Notes: a model not told the origin generated them from the sequence alone. Shown: positions 1 to 8,389, counted from the first letter of the stretch. The stretch is DNA of 29,675 nt from Nitrospirota bacterium (GCA_016214425.1 JACRON010000146.1:1-29675), one strand, 5' to 3'. Made by a program: numbers and translations.

Positions 1-2
1 AG

Positions 3-326
3 GTTATGGATAAAATAGAAAGGCAGGTAAAGAGATATAAGGAAAAACTTTTGAACAGGCATAAGAACAGTGAAGGCAGCAGGGGCGTATTGCAATACGC
101 CCCTGCTGCTACGACACAGGCAGGGGAGGCTGTGGATAAGGCTCTGCCGAAGATAATCAAGACAAAGAGATTTGCCTTAAAACCCATGCTTCCGGATGAG
201 GCAGTAATGCAGATGGAGCTTCTCCACAAGGACTTCTTTGTTTTTACGAATGCGGCTGACAATAAGGTAAATGTTATCTACAGGAGAAGGGACGGCGATA
301 TCGGGCTGATAGAACCAATTGCATAG
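3..326 (+). CDS. hpf: Ribosome hibernation promoting factor (long HPF / sigma54 modulation protein), 5' partial
   Basis: DKIERQVKRYKEKL end of the HPF domain, followed by the C-terminal motif KRFALKPMLPDEAVMQMELLHKDFFVFTNA...VNVIYRRRDGDIGLIEP. The frame is open to the window edge, so the true start is upstream. Confidence 0.92.
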   Translation, partial: VMDKIERQVKRYKEKLLNRHKNSEGSRGVLQYAPAATTQAGEAVDKALPKIIKTKRFALKPMLPDEAVMQMELLHKDFFVFTNAADNKVNVIYRRRDGDIGLIEPIA

Positions 327-360
327 CTAAAGGGAAACATAGGGGGTCAGGTCTACACTC

Positions 361-389
361 TTGACAAATAATCTGTTATATGGTATGGT
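361..389 (+). promoter_or_regulatory. Putative sigma70 promoter of the RAYT gene, probably leaderless
   Basis: TTGACA (361-366), 17-bp spacer, TGn-TATGGT (384-389). Expected +1 falls at about the ATG at 396; no properly spaced SD. Confidence 0.55.
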
Positions 390-395
390 AAGGTC

Positions 396-1276
396 ATGGC
401 AAGGCCGTTGAGAATAGAATACCCTGGCGCCTTCTACCATATCACATCAAGAGGCAATGAACAGCAAGACATATTCAAGAGCGACAGCGACCGAACAAGA
501 TTTCTTTCTTATTTAGAAAGCGCAACAGAGCGTTATAAAGCAGTGATACATGTTTATTGTCTTATGAATAACCATTATCACCTCTTATTAGAGACACCTA
601 TGGGGAACCTCTCTCAGATAATGAGGCACATAAATGGCGCATATACAACCTACTATAATACAAAAAGGCAAAGGGCAGGACATCTTCTTCAGGGAAGATA
701 TAAAGCAATACTTATAGAAGCTGATGAATATGCAGAAGAGCTTTCCCGTTACATTAAGCAATACTTATAGAAGCTGATGAATATGCAGAAGAGCTTTCCC
801 GTTACATTCATTTAAACCCTGTGAGGGCTGGTATTGTGAATAGGCCAGAGGCATACCGCTGGTCAAGTTATCAATACTATAATGGAAAGAAACCGCCTGA
901 ATGGCTAAAGGTAGATTTTATTTTAAGCTATTTTGGCAGGGGGAAATCCATGGCACAGGAGAAATACCGTAAATTTGTAAATGCCTTAGTTGATGTTGAG
1001 TATGACAGCCCATTAAAAGATACTATAGCTTCAACTATTCTGGGAGGGATTAATTTTGTTAAGGAGATAAGCGATAAACATTTAACTAATAAAAAAGCTG
1101 ACCGCAATCTGCCTGCCTTAAGAGAGTTAAGAAGGGCTTCAATAACAGAGATTATCAAAGAGGTTGATTCTATATTTAGAGGAGATTCAGTGTTGTCAAA
1201 GAAAGCTGCTATATATCTTTGCCACAGATATAGCGGAAGGACACTAAAGGAAATAGGGTTCGACTGTCAGTGGTGA
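396..1276 (+). pseudogene. REP-associated tyrosine transposase (RAYT, IS200-like Y1 HUH) with C-terminal DnaA_C-like HTH; frameshifted and 3'-truncated
   Basis: MARPLRIEYPGAFYHITSRGN start, HUH motif YCLMNNHYHLL, GHLLQGRYKA. Removing one copy of the 53-bp duplication restores YIHLNPVRAG...YRWSSY. The HTH AIYLCHRYSGRTLKEIG breaks off into Rhs sequence at about 1258. Confidence 0.88.
703..808 (+). repeat. Perfect 53-bp tandem duplication (703-755, 756-808)
   Basis: AAGCAATACTTATAGAAGCTGATGAATATGCAGAAGAGCTTTCCCGTTACATT occurs twice head to tail and causes the stop at 768-770. Confidence 0.97.
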
Positions 1277-1895
1277 GATAAGCGATAATCCATTCCAGTA
1301 TACGGGAAGAGAGAACGATAATACAGGGCTTTACTATTATAGAGCAAGGTATTACTCGCCTGAGCTGCAGAGGTTTGTTTCTGAGGATCCAATAGGGTTG
1401 TGGGGAGGGATTAATTTCTTCGTTTACGTCGGAAATTCACCAGTTAGTCTTAGAGATCCCTCAGGCCTTGCTTTTTGGTTTTTTGGAGGCGGATCTGGCG
1501 GTGTCCATGTAGGTCCTTTTGGGTTTAATTGCAGCCTTTATACTGGTATTAGTACAAGAGGTGAAGTTTGCTCTTTTACAACATGCTGTCTTAGAACAGG
1601 ATTTGGAATTTATGCAGGTGCTTCCTTAATGATTGGTGGCGGAGGCATTGGTGGTGGCGGTGGTAGCAATTGTGGAAATGGCATGGGTGGCCCTAGCGGT
1701 GGTGCTGGTTTTGATGTCGCATCACCAGGTGGGCCAGGATTTGGAGGAAGTGTTGGAGGGTCAGGGTCTGGCTTCGGAGGGCAAGGTGGTGGTGGAAGGA
1801 TGGGTTATGGTGGAGGTTTTTCCATTGGTGGAGAGGTCTGTTGGACAAATGTAAATGGATGCATAAATTCACCTAATGATTGCTGTAAAAAATGA
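1257..1895 (+). pseudogene. Orphan Rhs core-extension plus C-terminal toxin module 1 (no native start; Gly/Cys-rich CT)
   Basis: The frame is open from 1257, upstream of the TTG called at 1398. It reads TVSGEISDNPFQYTGRENDNTGLYYYRARYYSPELQRFVSEDPIGLWGGINFFVYVGNSPVSLRDPSGL, the Rhs-associated core with DPxGL junction, closely similar to the core at about 3320-3524. Confidence 0.88.
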
Positions 1896-1917
1896 GGTTT
1901 TTTAAGTAATACTTTGT

Positions 1918-2529
1918 ATGAAACTCAATTTTGAACATATTATTTTATGGAAAGGCACTCAAAACAGAATAAAGGCTATTAAAATTAATAAACGCCTTCG
2001 CTTTGTTCATAAAGTTATTGCATTATTAGTTTTTTGCATTATTTGGTGGTCAATAATTCAGGATGATAGATCCATTGAGATATACCGTACAAATTCGATC
2101 AGCTATATAGTTGTTATATGTGCTACTCTTTTTTTCTCATATGCAGTTATAGCATCTTTCATAATGGGCATTCCATCATGCATATTTGACAAGCCAGTGA
2201 GTCCAGAGATAATTCTTGTAGACAAAAATTTAGTTTATTTAGGGGGTAGTATTGGCTTACGGTATACATCCACTGTTTGGGGAGGTGCGTCATATTCATA
2301 CCTTCTTGGCTTGGAAGATTCGCAGTGTATAATGCGTGAAGATATTTTATCAGTAGAAATTGAAAGGGAGCGTTTTATATTTCCGTTTTTTATTAGACAC
2401 AAAAGATTTATAACAATCAAGTATAAGAACGGTAAGATAATAACTGGCGGATGGTTAGATGATGATGAGATACAAAATATTGTAACAAAAATTAATCTTT
2501 GGAGATCAGAGTCTACTTCACAAGTATGA
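1918..2529 (+). CDS. Membrane protein, putative immunity protein for Rhs-CT1
   Basis: Directly follows CT1, AT-rich, two hydrophobic segments (VIALLVFCIIWWSII; YIVVICATLFFSYAVIASFIMGI). The immunity role is inferred from position. Confidence 0.6.
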   Translation: MKLNFEHIILWKGTQNRIKAIKINKRLRFVHKVIALLVFCIIWWSIIQDDRSIEIYRTNSISYIVVICATLFFSYAVIASFIMGIPSCIFDKPVSPEIILVDKNLVYLGGSIGLRYTSTVWGGASYSYLLGLEDSQCIMREDILSVEIERERFIFPFFIRHKRFITIKYKNGKIITGGWLDDDEIQNIVTKINLWRSESTSQV

Positions 2530-3905
2530 CCGTTGCTGGCCAGTTAGCAGTAAGTTATAGTTACGACTCTAACAGTCGTCTTACAGGCATTAATGCTACA
2601 ATCAACAATGTAGCCTCAGGCTTTAGCCTGAGCTATGATGCCTTAGGCAGGAGAACTTCTTTAACATTGCCGAATGGTGTTAAAACTAATTACACTTATG
2701 ATGACGGCAGCAGATTATTAAACCTTGACCACCTCGCCCCTCTCGGCTCTGTGCTCGAAGCTCTTAGCTACTCCTATGATGCAACAGGTAATAGAACGAA
2801 TATGAATAGAGCATCTGTAACTTTACCTTTAAGGAATGAGGTAACAAATACAAACTACAATGAAGCAAATCAGATGTTGAGATATAATGCCTCATCAGAT
2901 AACATGACATACGATGAGAATGGCAATCTTACAAGTATAACAAATAGCTGTGGCACAACTACTTATACATGGGATGTAAGAAACAGGCTAAGTAATATTA
3001 ATGGGTTTAATACGGATTGTAGTGCATTAAGTGCTTCTTTTAAATACGATGCATTGGGACGGAGGACAGAGAAGGCGATTAATGGTGTAACAACGCAATA
3101 TCTTTATGACGGCCTTGACATGGTGCAGGAGATTGAGAACGGAGCTGTTGCAGTGAACTACATCCGCACTCTGAACATAGACGAACCCCTTGCCAGAATC
3201 CAATCTGATGGGACTGTAAGGTATTACCAAACTGATGCTTTAGGTTCTGTAATAGCTTTAACAGATGATGCTGGTGCTATCAGGACACAATACTCTTATG
3301 ATCCTTATGGGAATACAACAATTAGCGGTGAGATATCAGATAATCCCTTTCAGTATACGGGTAGAGAGAATGATGGGACGGGACTCTATTATTACAGGGC
3401 GAGATATTACAGTCCTGAGCTGCAACGATTCATAAGCGAGGATCCAGCTCGTTTTAGTGGTGGGATTAATTTCTATGCTTATGTGGAAAATAACCCTTCA
3501 AATTATATTGACCCACATGGTCTTCTTGCTCAAAATTGTTCATCTCTTGGATGTATACCTACAAGTTTATGGCGAGAAGTAAGCAGAGAGCCTATCGGTG
3601 ATTGGGAACTTTATAATTATAAATTAATCGGACCTACACTTCCGCCACCCGGAGTGCCTATTCCTCCAAGTTATACTCTCCATTGTTATTGGAAAAGAAA
3701 AATAGCCATCCAATTAGAAAGAGACTTATTATGTTTTGAAATGTGCATTGATTGTGGGAATGCCTATTTTAGTTCTTATAATTGGGTAGAGTTTCGTAGT
3801 AGAGAGGGCTATGGATATGATGCTACACATGGGGTGTTCGGGGTGTGGGATGCTCTTGCTTATGTTATGCCAGATGTGTATTGTAAAAGTAAGTTAAAGC
3901 CATAG
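2526..3905 (+). CDS. Rhs/YD-repeat protein fragment with C-terminal toxin module 2
   Basis: YD repeats (YSYDSNSRL, LSYDALGRR, YTYDDGSRL, MTYDENGNL, YTWDVRNRL, FKYDALGRR), core QYTGRENDGTGLYYYRARYY and PSNYIDPHGL junction. N-terminally truncated; ATG 2526 overlaps the upstream stop (ATGA). Confidence 0.92.
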   Translation: MTVAGQLAVSYSYDSNSRLTGINATINNVASGFSLSYDALGRRTSLTLPNGVKTNYTYDDGSRLLNLDHLAPLGSVLEALSYSYDATGNRTNMNRASVTLPLRNEVTNTNYNEANQMLRYNASSDNMTYDENGNLTSITNSCGTTTYTWDVRNRLSNINGFNTDCSALSASFKYDALGRRTEKAINGVTTQYLYDGLDMVQEIENGAVAVNYIRTLNIDEPLARIQSDGTVRYYQTDALGSVIALTDDAGAIRTQYSYDPYGNTTISGEISDNPFQYTGRENDGTGLYYYRARYYSPELQRFISEDPARFSGGINFYAYVENNPSNYIDPHGLLAQNCSSLGCIPTSLWREVSREPIGDWELYNYKLIGPTLPPPGVPIPPSYTLHCYWKRKIAIQLERDLLCFEMCIDCGNAYFSSYNWVEFRSREGYGYDATHGVFGVWDALAYVMPDVYCKSKLKP

Positions 3906-3927
3906 CATATAGTTTTTAAGAGGAATA

Positions 3928-4569
3928 ATGAAGAAAATAATAATATATAGTATTATTTTAATAATATTAGGTGGAATAACTATTGTTGTACTAAAAAAGC
4001 ATGAATATATTTATAATAAATATGAATGGTATCTGGCCGAGAAGAGAACTGAAAAAAGGCATCAGGAATTAATAGAAAAGATCCGAAACAATAAGACATT
4101 AACTAGGGATGAAATTAACTCAATAGGAGTTTATTATCACTTAGCATCAAAATATGATGAGGGAATAAAGATTTTAGAGGAAATATTGAAAAGACAAGAT
4201 GTATACGAAATTTATTTTAGTTTAAGTACATTATATGGATACAAAGCAAGAACTTTTAAATCAACTGATGAAGGTGAAAGAAAAAGACTGATTTCGACAT
4301 CTTATAATTACCTTATGGAAGGATTTAAGAAGGTTCCTGAGAGGCCGCGCGCTTATCATTTAAGAGGAATGATATATATATATTTAGGATGTCCAGAGTC
4401 TGCGATAGAAGATTTTAATATTGCAATAGAAAAATCTAAAAAAGCTAAAATTATAATGTTAGATGAGGGTGTTTATTTAGATCAGCAACGATTTATAGAT
4501 ATGGTAAAAAAGGATATGGAAAGATATAAAGAATATAAAAACGATTGTCTCTTTAAAATTATAGAATAA
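3928..4569 (+). CDS. N-terminally anchored TPR-like protein, putative immunity protein for Rhs-CT2
   Basis: SD AGAGGA. MKK plus hydrophobic IIIYSIILIILGGITIVVL, then TPR-like RAYHLRGMIYIYLGCPESAIEDFNIAIEK. Very AT-rich and directly after CT2. Confidence 0.65.
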   Translation: MKKIIIYSIILIILGGITIVVLKKHEYIYNKYEWYLAEKRTEKRHQELIEKIRNNKTLTRDEINSIGVYYHLASKYDEGIKILEEILKRQDVYEIYFSLSTLYGYKARTFKSTDEGERKRLISTSYNYLMEGFKKVPERPRAYHLRGMIYIYLGCPESAIEDFNIAIEKSKKAKIIMLDEGVYLDQQRFIDMVKKDMERYKEYKNDCLFKIIE

Positions 4570-4629
4570 AGTAGAAAAATAGAAAATATGGGCGAAATAT
4601 GAGGACAGAGAGTCTGAACATTTTCTTGC

Positions 4630-4869
4630 AAGCTACAACTATGTGTCCTGTCCGACTGTCCGCAAGACCTTTTCTGCACTGTATGAGCTGTTTTTTTAAG
4701 GAATCCGGCGTTTTTTTAACTGTCTGCTATAATTTTTTGTCCTGAAATAATATTTTTGTGTTGTTTTTTAATGCCCATGCAATATTTTTAGTCAGCTTTA
4801 GCCTGTAAGCACAAACTTCTCACGGACAGTCTTTTTTTTGCACTGTTCAACTTTAAAAGCTACACTATG
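4630..4869. repeat. Structured non-coding region downstream of the IS remnant (direct repeats, inverted repeats, phased T-tracts)
   Basis: DR AAGCTACA(A)CTATG at 4630-4643 and 4857-4869. IR GACTGTCCGCAAGA (4654-4667) / TCTCACGGACAGTC (4818-4831). T-tracts start at 4670, 4691, 4711, 4733, 4753, 4764 and 4785. Confidence 0.55.
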
Positions 4870-4874
4870 GCAGA

Positions 4875-5387
4875 TTAAATCTTCAAGTAAACCCCTGTCA
4901 GCAGTCCATCCCACGCCTCAAACCAGTATTCTTGTTTGGGCCTTCTGATAAAGATGTCAGTCCCCTTCCATACCTCAGCAGGTGCTCTTCCATCTAAGTG
5001 CTGGTGTGGTCGGACATGATTATACCAGAACTGAAATTGAGCAAGTGCATTGTTAAGCTGCTCCTTACTGTCTACCTGCCACTGATTTAGTTTCTCTTTT
5101 AATGTCCCAAAGAACCGCTCTATCCTCCCATTCTGCCAAGGACAACACTTATCAATAAGCTGATGACGAATACCTATTAACCATAGGCTGATTCTGAATA
5201 GCCATGAGGTAAAGGAAGGCTCGTTATCTGTCCGCAAAGCTCTGGGTTTGCCATAATGCTCCACAGCATCAAGCAGAATACGCAATATCGTAATTGAGGC
5301 TTTATCCTTTAATGTCGCCAAACCAAGACCCACACGACTTTTGTACTCTATTATCCCAAAGATATTCCTGTTATATCCATTCCCCAT
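4875..5387 (-). mobile_element. Integrase-core (rve, DDE) transposase remnant, 5'-truncated
   Basis: GKPRALRTDNEPSF, PWQNGRIERFFGTLK and WYNHVRPHQHLDGRAPAEVW motifs. The N-terminal HTH region is absent. Confidence 0.82.
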
Positions 5388-5430
5388 ATAAGATTTTTAG
5401 GCTGGGTAATGTCAAATTGTTACGGATTGG

Positions 5431-5460
5431 TTGACAGATATATGGTAAGTGAGATATACT
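5431..5460 (+). promoter_or_regulatory. Putative sigma70 promoter for the rapZ-ubiX unit
   Basis: TTGACA (5431-5436), 18 bp, TATACT (5455-5460). Confidence 0.55.
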
Positions 5461-5550
5461 TATAAAAAAAGGGATTATTGCTATCTTAAGGATGAATAAT
5501 AAAAGGGATTATACTGCGTATTTAGCAGAGCTTGTGGCCAGGTGTTTTAG

Positions 5551-6324
5551 TTGAAAAATCTAAGGGTTGTTTTTATAACAGGCCTTTCCGGCTCAGGCAA
5601 GAGCAATGCAATAAAATGCTTTGAAGACCTCGGTTTTTTTTGTGTTGATAATCTTCCAACAGCGCTTCTTCCAAAATTTACTGAGCTTTGCACACAATCA
5701 GGCAGCGAGATAAGCAAAGTAGCCATAGGGATAGATGTCAGGGAGAGGGGTTTTTTTAAGAATTTTCTGGAGGTCTTGGATGAGATTAAGAAGGAAAACA
5801 AGGGCGGTTCTATTATTGATGGAATAAGATTGGAAAGAGAGACGCTGTCTGAACTCAGAAAGAGGGCGGATAAGATTATTGATACTACAAATTACAATGT
5901 CCATCAGTTAAAAGAGGTTTTAACCAAATATTATCTTGAATTAGAGGGCAAAAGACTTACGATATCCTTCATATCCTTTGGCTACAAATACGGCATTCCT
6001 TATGATGTTGACCTTATATTTGATGTAAGATTTATACAGAATCCGAATTTTGTAAAAGAGCTAAAACCGCTCAAAGGCAATGATAAGATGGTGATGGATT
6101 ATATTCTAAAATTTATGGAGACAAAGGCATTTTTGGAAAAGCTCCGCGACTTCTTAAAATTTCTAATCCCAATGTATGAAAAGGAGGGTAAGTCTTATCT
6201 AACTATTGGGATTGGATGTACAGGCGGAAGGCACAGGTCTGTTGCAGTGAGCGAGATTCTGAAAGATTATCTTAAAATGAACGGCTATAGCATTAATATA
6301 AGACATAGAGACATTGACTTATAA
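5551..6324 (+). CDS. rapZ: RNase adapter RapZ (YvcJ/YhbJ family) with an apparent internal in-frame deletion
   Basis: P-loop GLSGSGKS, FFCVDNLP, IDVR, SFGYKYG, DVRFIQNP, IGIGCTGGRHRSV, HRDI. The conserved xLFLDA...RRxxETRRxHPL block is missing at about 5800. TTG start. Confidence 0.92.
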   Translation: MKNLRVVFITGLSGSGKSNAIKCFEDLGFFCVDNLPTALLPKFTELCTQSGSEISKVAIGIDVRERGFFKNFLEVLDEIKKENKGGSIIDGIRLERETLSELRKRADKIIDTTNYNVHQLKEVLTKYYLELEGKRLTISFISFGYKYGIPYDVDLIFDVRFIQNPNFVKELKPLKGNDKMVMDYILKFMETKAFLEKLRDFLKFLIPMYEKEGKSYLTIGIGCTGGRHRSVAVSEILKDYLKMNGYSINIRHRDIDL

Positions 6325-6337
6325 GGATTAAAGAGGA

Positions 6338-6937
6338 TTGTCTACATTTATAATTGGCATAACTGGCGCATCAGGCGCAATATACGGCATAAAACTTATT
6401 TCTTATTTATCAGGCAAAGGCCATAAGATATACCTTTCAATATCAAAGGAGGGCCTTTCTATAATTGCAGATGAGGTTGGCGTTGAGTGGCATGGCAATG
6501 AGGCTGAGGCTAATAAGAGGATAAAGGAATATTTTAAAACACCTGACGATGCAATCCAATATTTTGCAGAAGATAATTTTTATTCACCTATCGCAAGCGG
6601 TTCTGTAAAGGCAGATGCCATGATAATCGCCCCTTGCTCTATGAAGGCCCTGTCTGCAGTTGCCAATGGTTTTTCTTCAAATCTCATAGAGCGCGCAGCA
6701 GATGTTACCTTAAAGGAGAGGCGCCTGTTTGTTGTAGTACCGAGAGAGACTCCTTTAAATAGCATACATCTTGAAAATATGCTTAAATTATCAGAGATGG
6801 GGGTGCATATTGTTCCACCGAATGCAGCCTTTTATAATCATCCAAAGACCATAGATGATATGGTTGACTTTGTTATTGGAAGGATACTTGACTGTTTAAA
6901 TATAGAAAATAATCTATATAAGAGATGGGGGCAGTAA
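6338..6937 (+). CDS. ubiX: Flavin prenyltransferase UbiX
   Basis: [54 protein letters not shown] motifs. Confidence 0.95.
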   Translation: MSTFIIGITGASGAIYGIKLISYLSGKGHKIYLSISKEGLSIIADEVGVEWHGNEAEANKRIKEYFKTPDDAIQYFAEDNFYSPIASGSVKADAMIIAPCSMKALSAVANGFSSNLIERAADVTLKERRLFVVVPRETPLNSIHLENMLKLSEMGVHIVPPNAAFYNHPKTIDDMVDFVIGRILDCLNIENNLYKRWGQ

Positions 6938-6938
6938 G

Positions 6939-7358
6939 ATGACGAGTTTAATAAGGGGATTAGCCATTTTTATTATTTTATTTTTGTCTTTCGCATGCCA
7001 GAAGAATATACAGACTGTTGAAATATTAAAGCCAAATTGGTCAGAGGCGACCATTAAGGCTACAGGTATTGATAGATTACAGAATGACTCGGATATTGCT
7101 GTTAATAGATTAAAGTCTCTGCAAAGGGCCGAGGCAGATGCCTTTAAAAATCTGAAAGAGGAGCTTTTTAAAATAATGATTGCAGACACGAAGACACTCG
7201 GTGAGTATATAAAGGATAAGGAAGCTGTAAAAGGACAGGTAGAAGACTTTGTAAAAAGGGGGAGAATAGCAGAGGTCAGATACATGCCTAATCACAGCAT
7301 TGAGGTTGATGTGGAGCTTTATCTGGGCAAAGGGTTTGAATCAATTATCTTAAAATAA
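6939..7358 (+). CDS. Lipoprotein, LPP20-like
   Basis: Signal peptide with lipobox SFAC; IKATGI...AEADAFKNL...VEDFVKRGRIAEVRY...IEVDVEL pattern. Confidence 0.65.
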   Translation: MTSLIRGLAIFIILFLSFACQKNIQTVEILKPNWSEATIKATGIDRLQNDSDIAVNRLKSLQRAEADAFKNLKEELFKIMIADTKTLGEYIKDKEAVKGQVEDFVKRGRIAEVRYMPNHSIEVDVELYLGKGFESIILK

Positions 7359-7370
7359 GGGGCTGATAAG

Positions 7371-8165
7371 ATGTTAGATTCTGTTTTATTATGGAAGAAG
7401 GTAATTAAAAAGACACCGCCGCTTCTCCCGTTAGATTATTCTAAGGCGCCCTTTGAAATAATAAGAATGATTATTGAAGATAAATCCGCTGCCCCGATTA
7501 TATTGGACGGAATTGCAAAAGCATATTATAACAGCAGCAAGGTTATTGAAGTCGTTTTGAGAAATCCAAACATCCTTCCCCAGACTATAAGATTCCTTCT
7601 TGCTAATTCCAGCAGAGAAATCCAGCAGCTTGTTATCTCAATTAAAGAGAAGGGATTAACGCCTTATGCAGCGCAAAAAGATTTGGCTGCCCTTGAGACA
7701 GAGGCCGAGGCAGAGGGTGTTGATGAAAGGAGCGAAAAATATTTAAACATCTTTCAACAAATACAGCAGATGAGCGTCTCTGAGAAGATACAATTGGCCT
7801 TAAAGGGCAATAAGGAGGCGAGGAATATTCTAATTAAGGATGCAAATAAGAAGGTTGCGTTGACTGTTTTGGAAAGCCCAAAGATGACAGAGCAGGAGAT
7901 AGAGATGATAGCGCAATCAAAAAATGTATCTGAGGATGTCCTCCGTGAAATCGCATCAAAAAGGGACTGGTTGAAAAATTATGTTGTGGTAAGGTCCCTT
8001 GTTAATAACCCAAAGACCCCTGTTGGAATATCGCTTTCCCATCTGAATCGCCTCAAGGAAAAGGATTTAGCTGACCTCTCAAAAAACAAAAATATTCCTG
8101 AAGCCCTCAGGTCTGCTGCAAACAGGCTTGTTATTTTAAGAAAAAAGTCTGCAAACAGCAAATAA
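7371..8165 (+). CDS. Conserved hypothetical helical-repeat protein
   Basis: C-terminal block IQQMSVSEKIQLALKGNKEARNILIKDANK...NPKTP...L recalled from deltaproteobacterial hypotheticals; function unknown. Confidence 0.75.
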   Translation: MLDSVLLWKKVIKKTPPLLPLDYSKAPFEIIRMIIEDKSAAPIILDGIAKAYYNSSKVIEVVLRNPNILPQTIRFLLANSSREIQQLVISIKEKGLTPYAAQKDLAALETEAEAEGVDERSEKYLNIFQQIQQMSVSEKIQLALKGNKEARNILIKDANKKVALTVLESPKMTEQEIEMIAQSKNVSEDVLREIASKRDWLKNYVVVRSLVNNPKTPVGISLSHLNRLKEKDLADLSKNKNIPEALRSAANRLVILRKKSANSK

Positions 8166-8262
8166 AATATCGCATTATATAGTATCTTACAAAAAAATGT
8201 ATTCAATATATAGTGTATTAGCTAACTTACTGTAAAAAAAAGGAAAAAATAATTAATTAGCC

Positions 8263-8292
8263 TTGACAAAGAAAATAATTTAAGTATACTTA
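8263..8292 (+). promoter_or_regulatory. Putative sigma70 promoter with overlapping palindrome upstream of the HTH-pilMNOPQ operon
   Basis: TTGACA (8263-8268), 16 bp, TATACT (8285-8290). The -10 lies inside the perfect palindrome TAAGTATACTTA (8281-8292). Confidence 0.5.
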
Positions 8293-8389
8293 GTATATAA
8301 ATTAAATTTTCAGTAAAAAGCTGAATCAAATATCAAATTGTAGAAATTTTAATTATAAACCTAAAAATATAAAATAAAGAGAGCGCTCT

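Noticed and set aside
5492-5554. 20-aa ORF (MNNKRDY...CFS) overlapping the rapZ TTG
   Set aside because: No properly spaced SD and no recognisable homology; could be chance.
6338-6937. ubiX without ubiD
   Set aside because: The partner is often encoded elsewhere; cannot be judged from one window.
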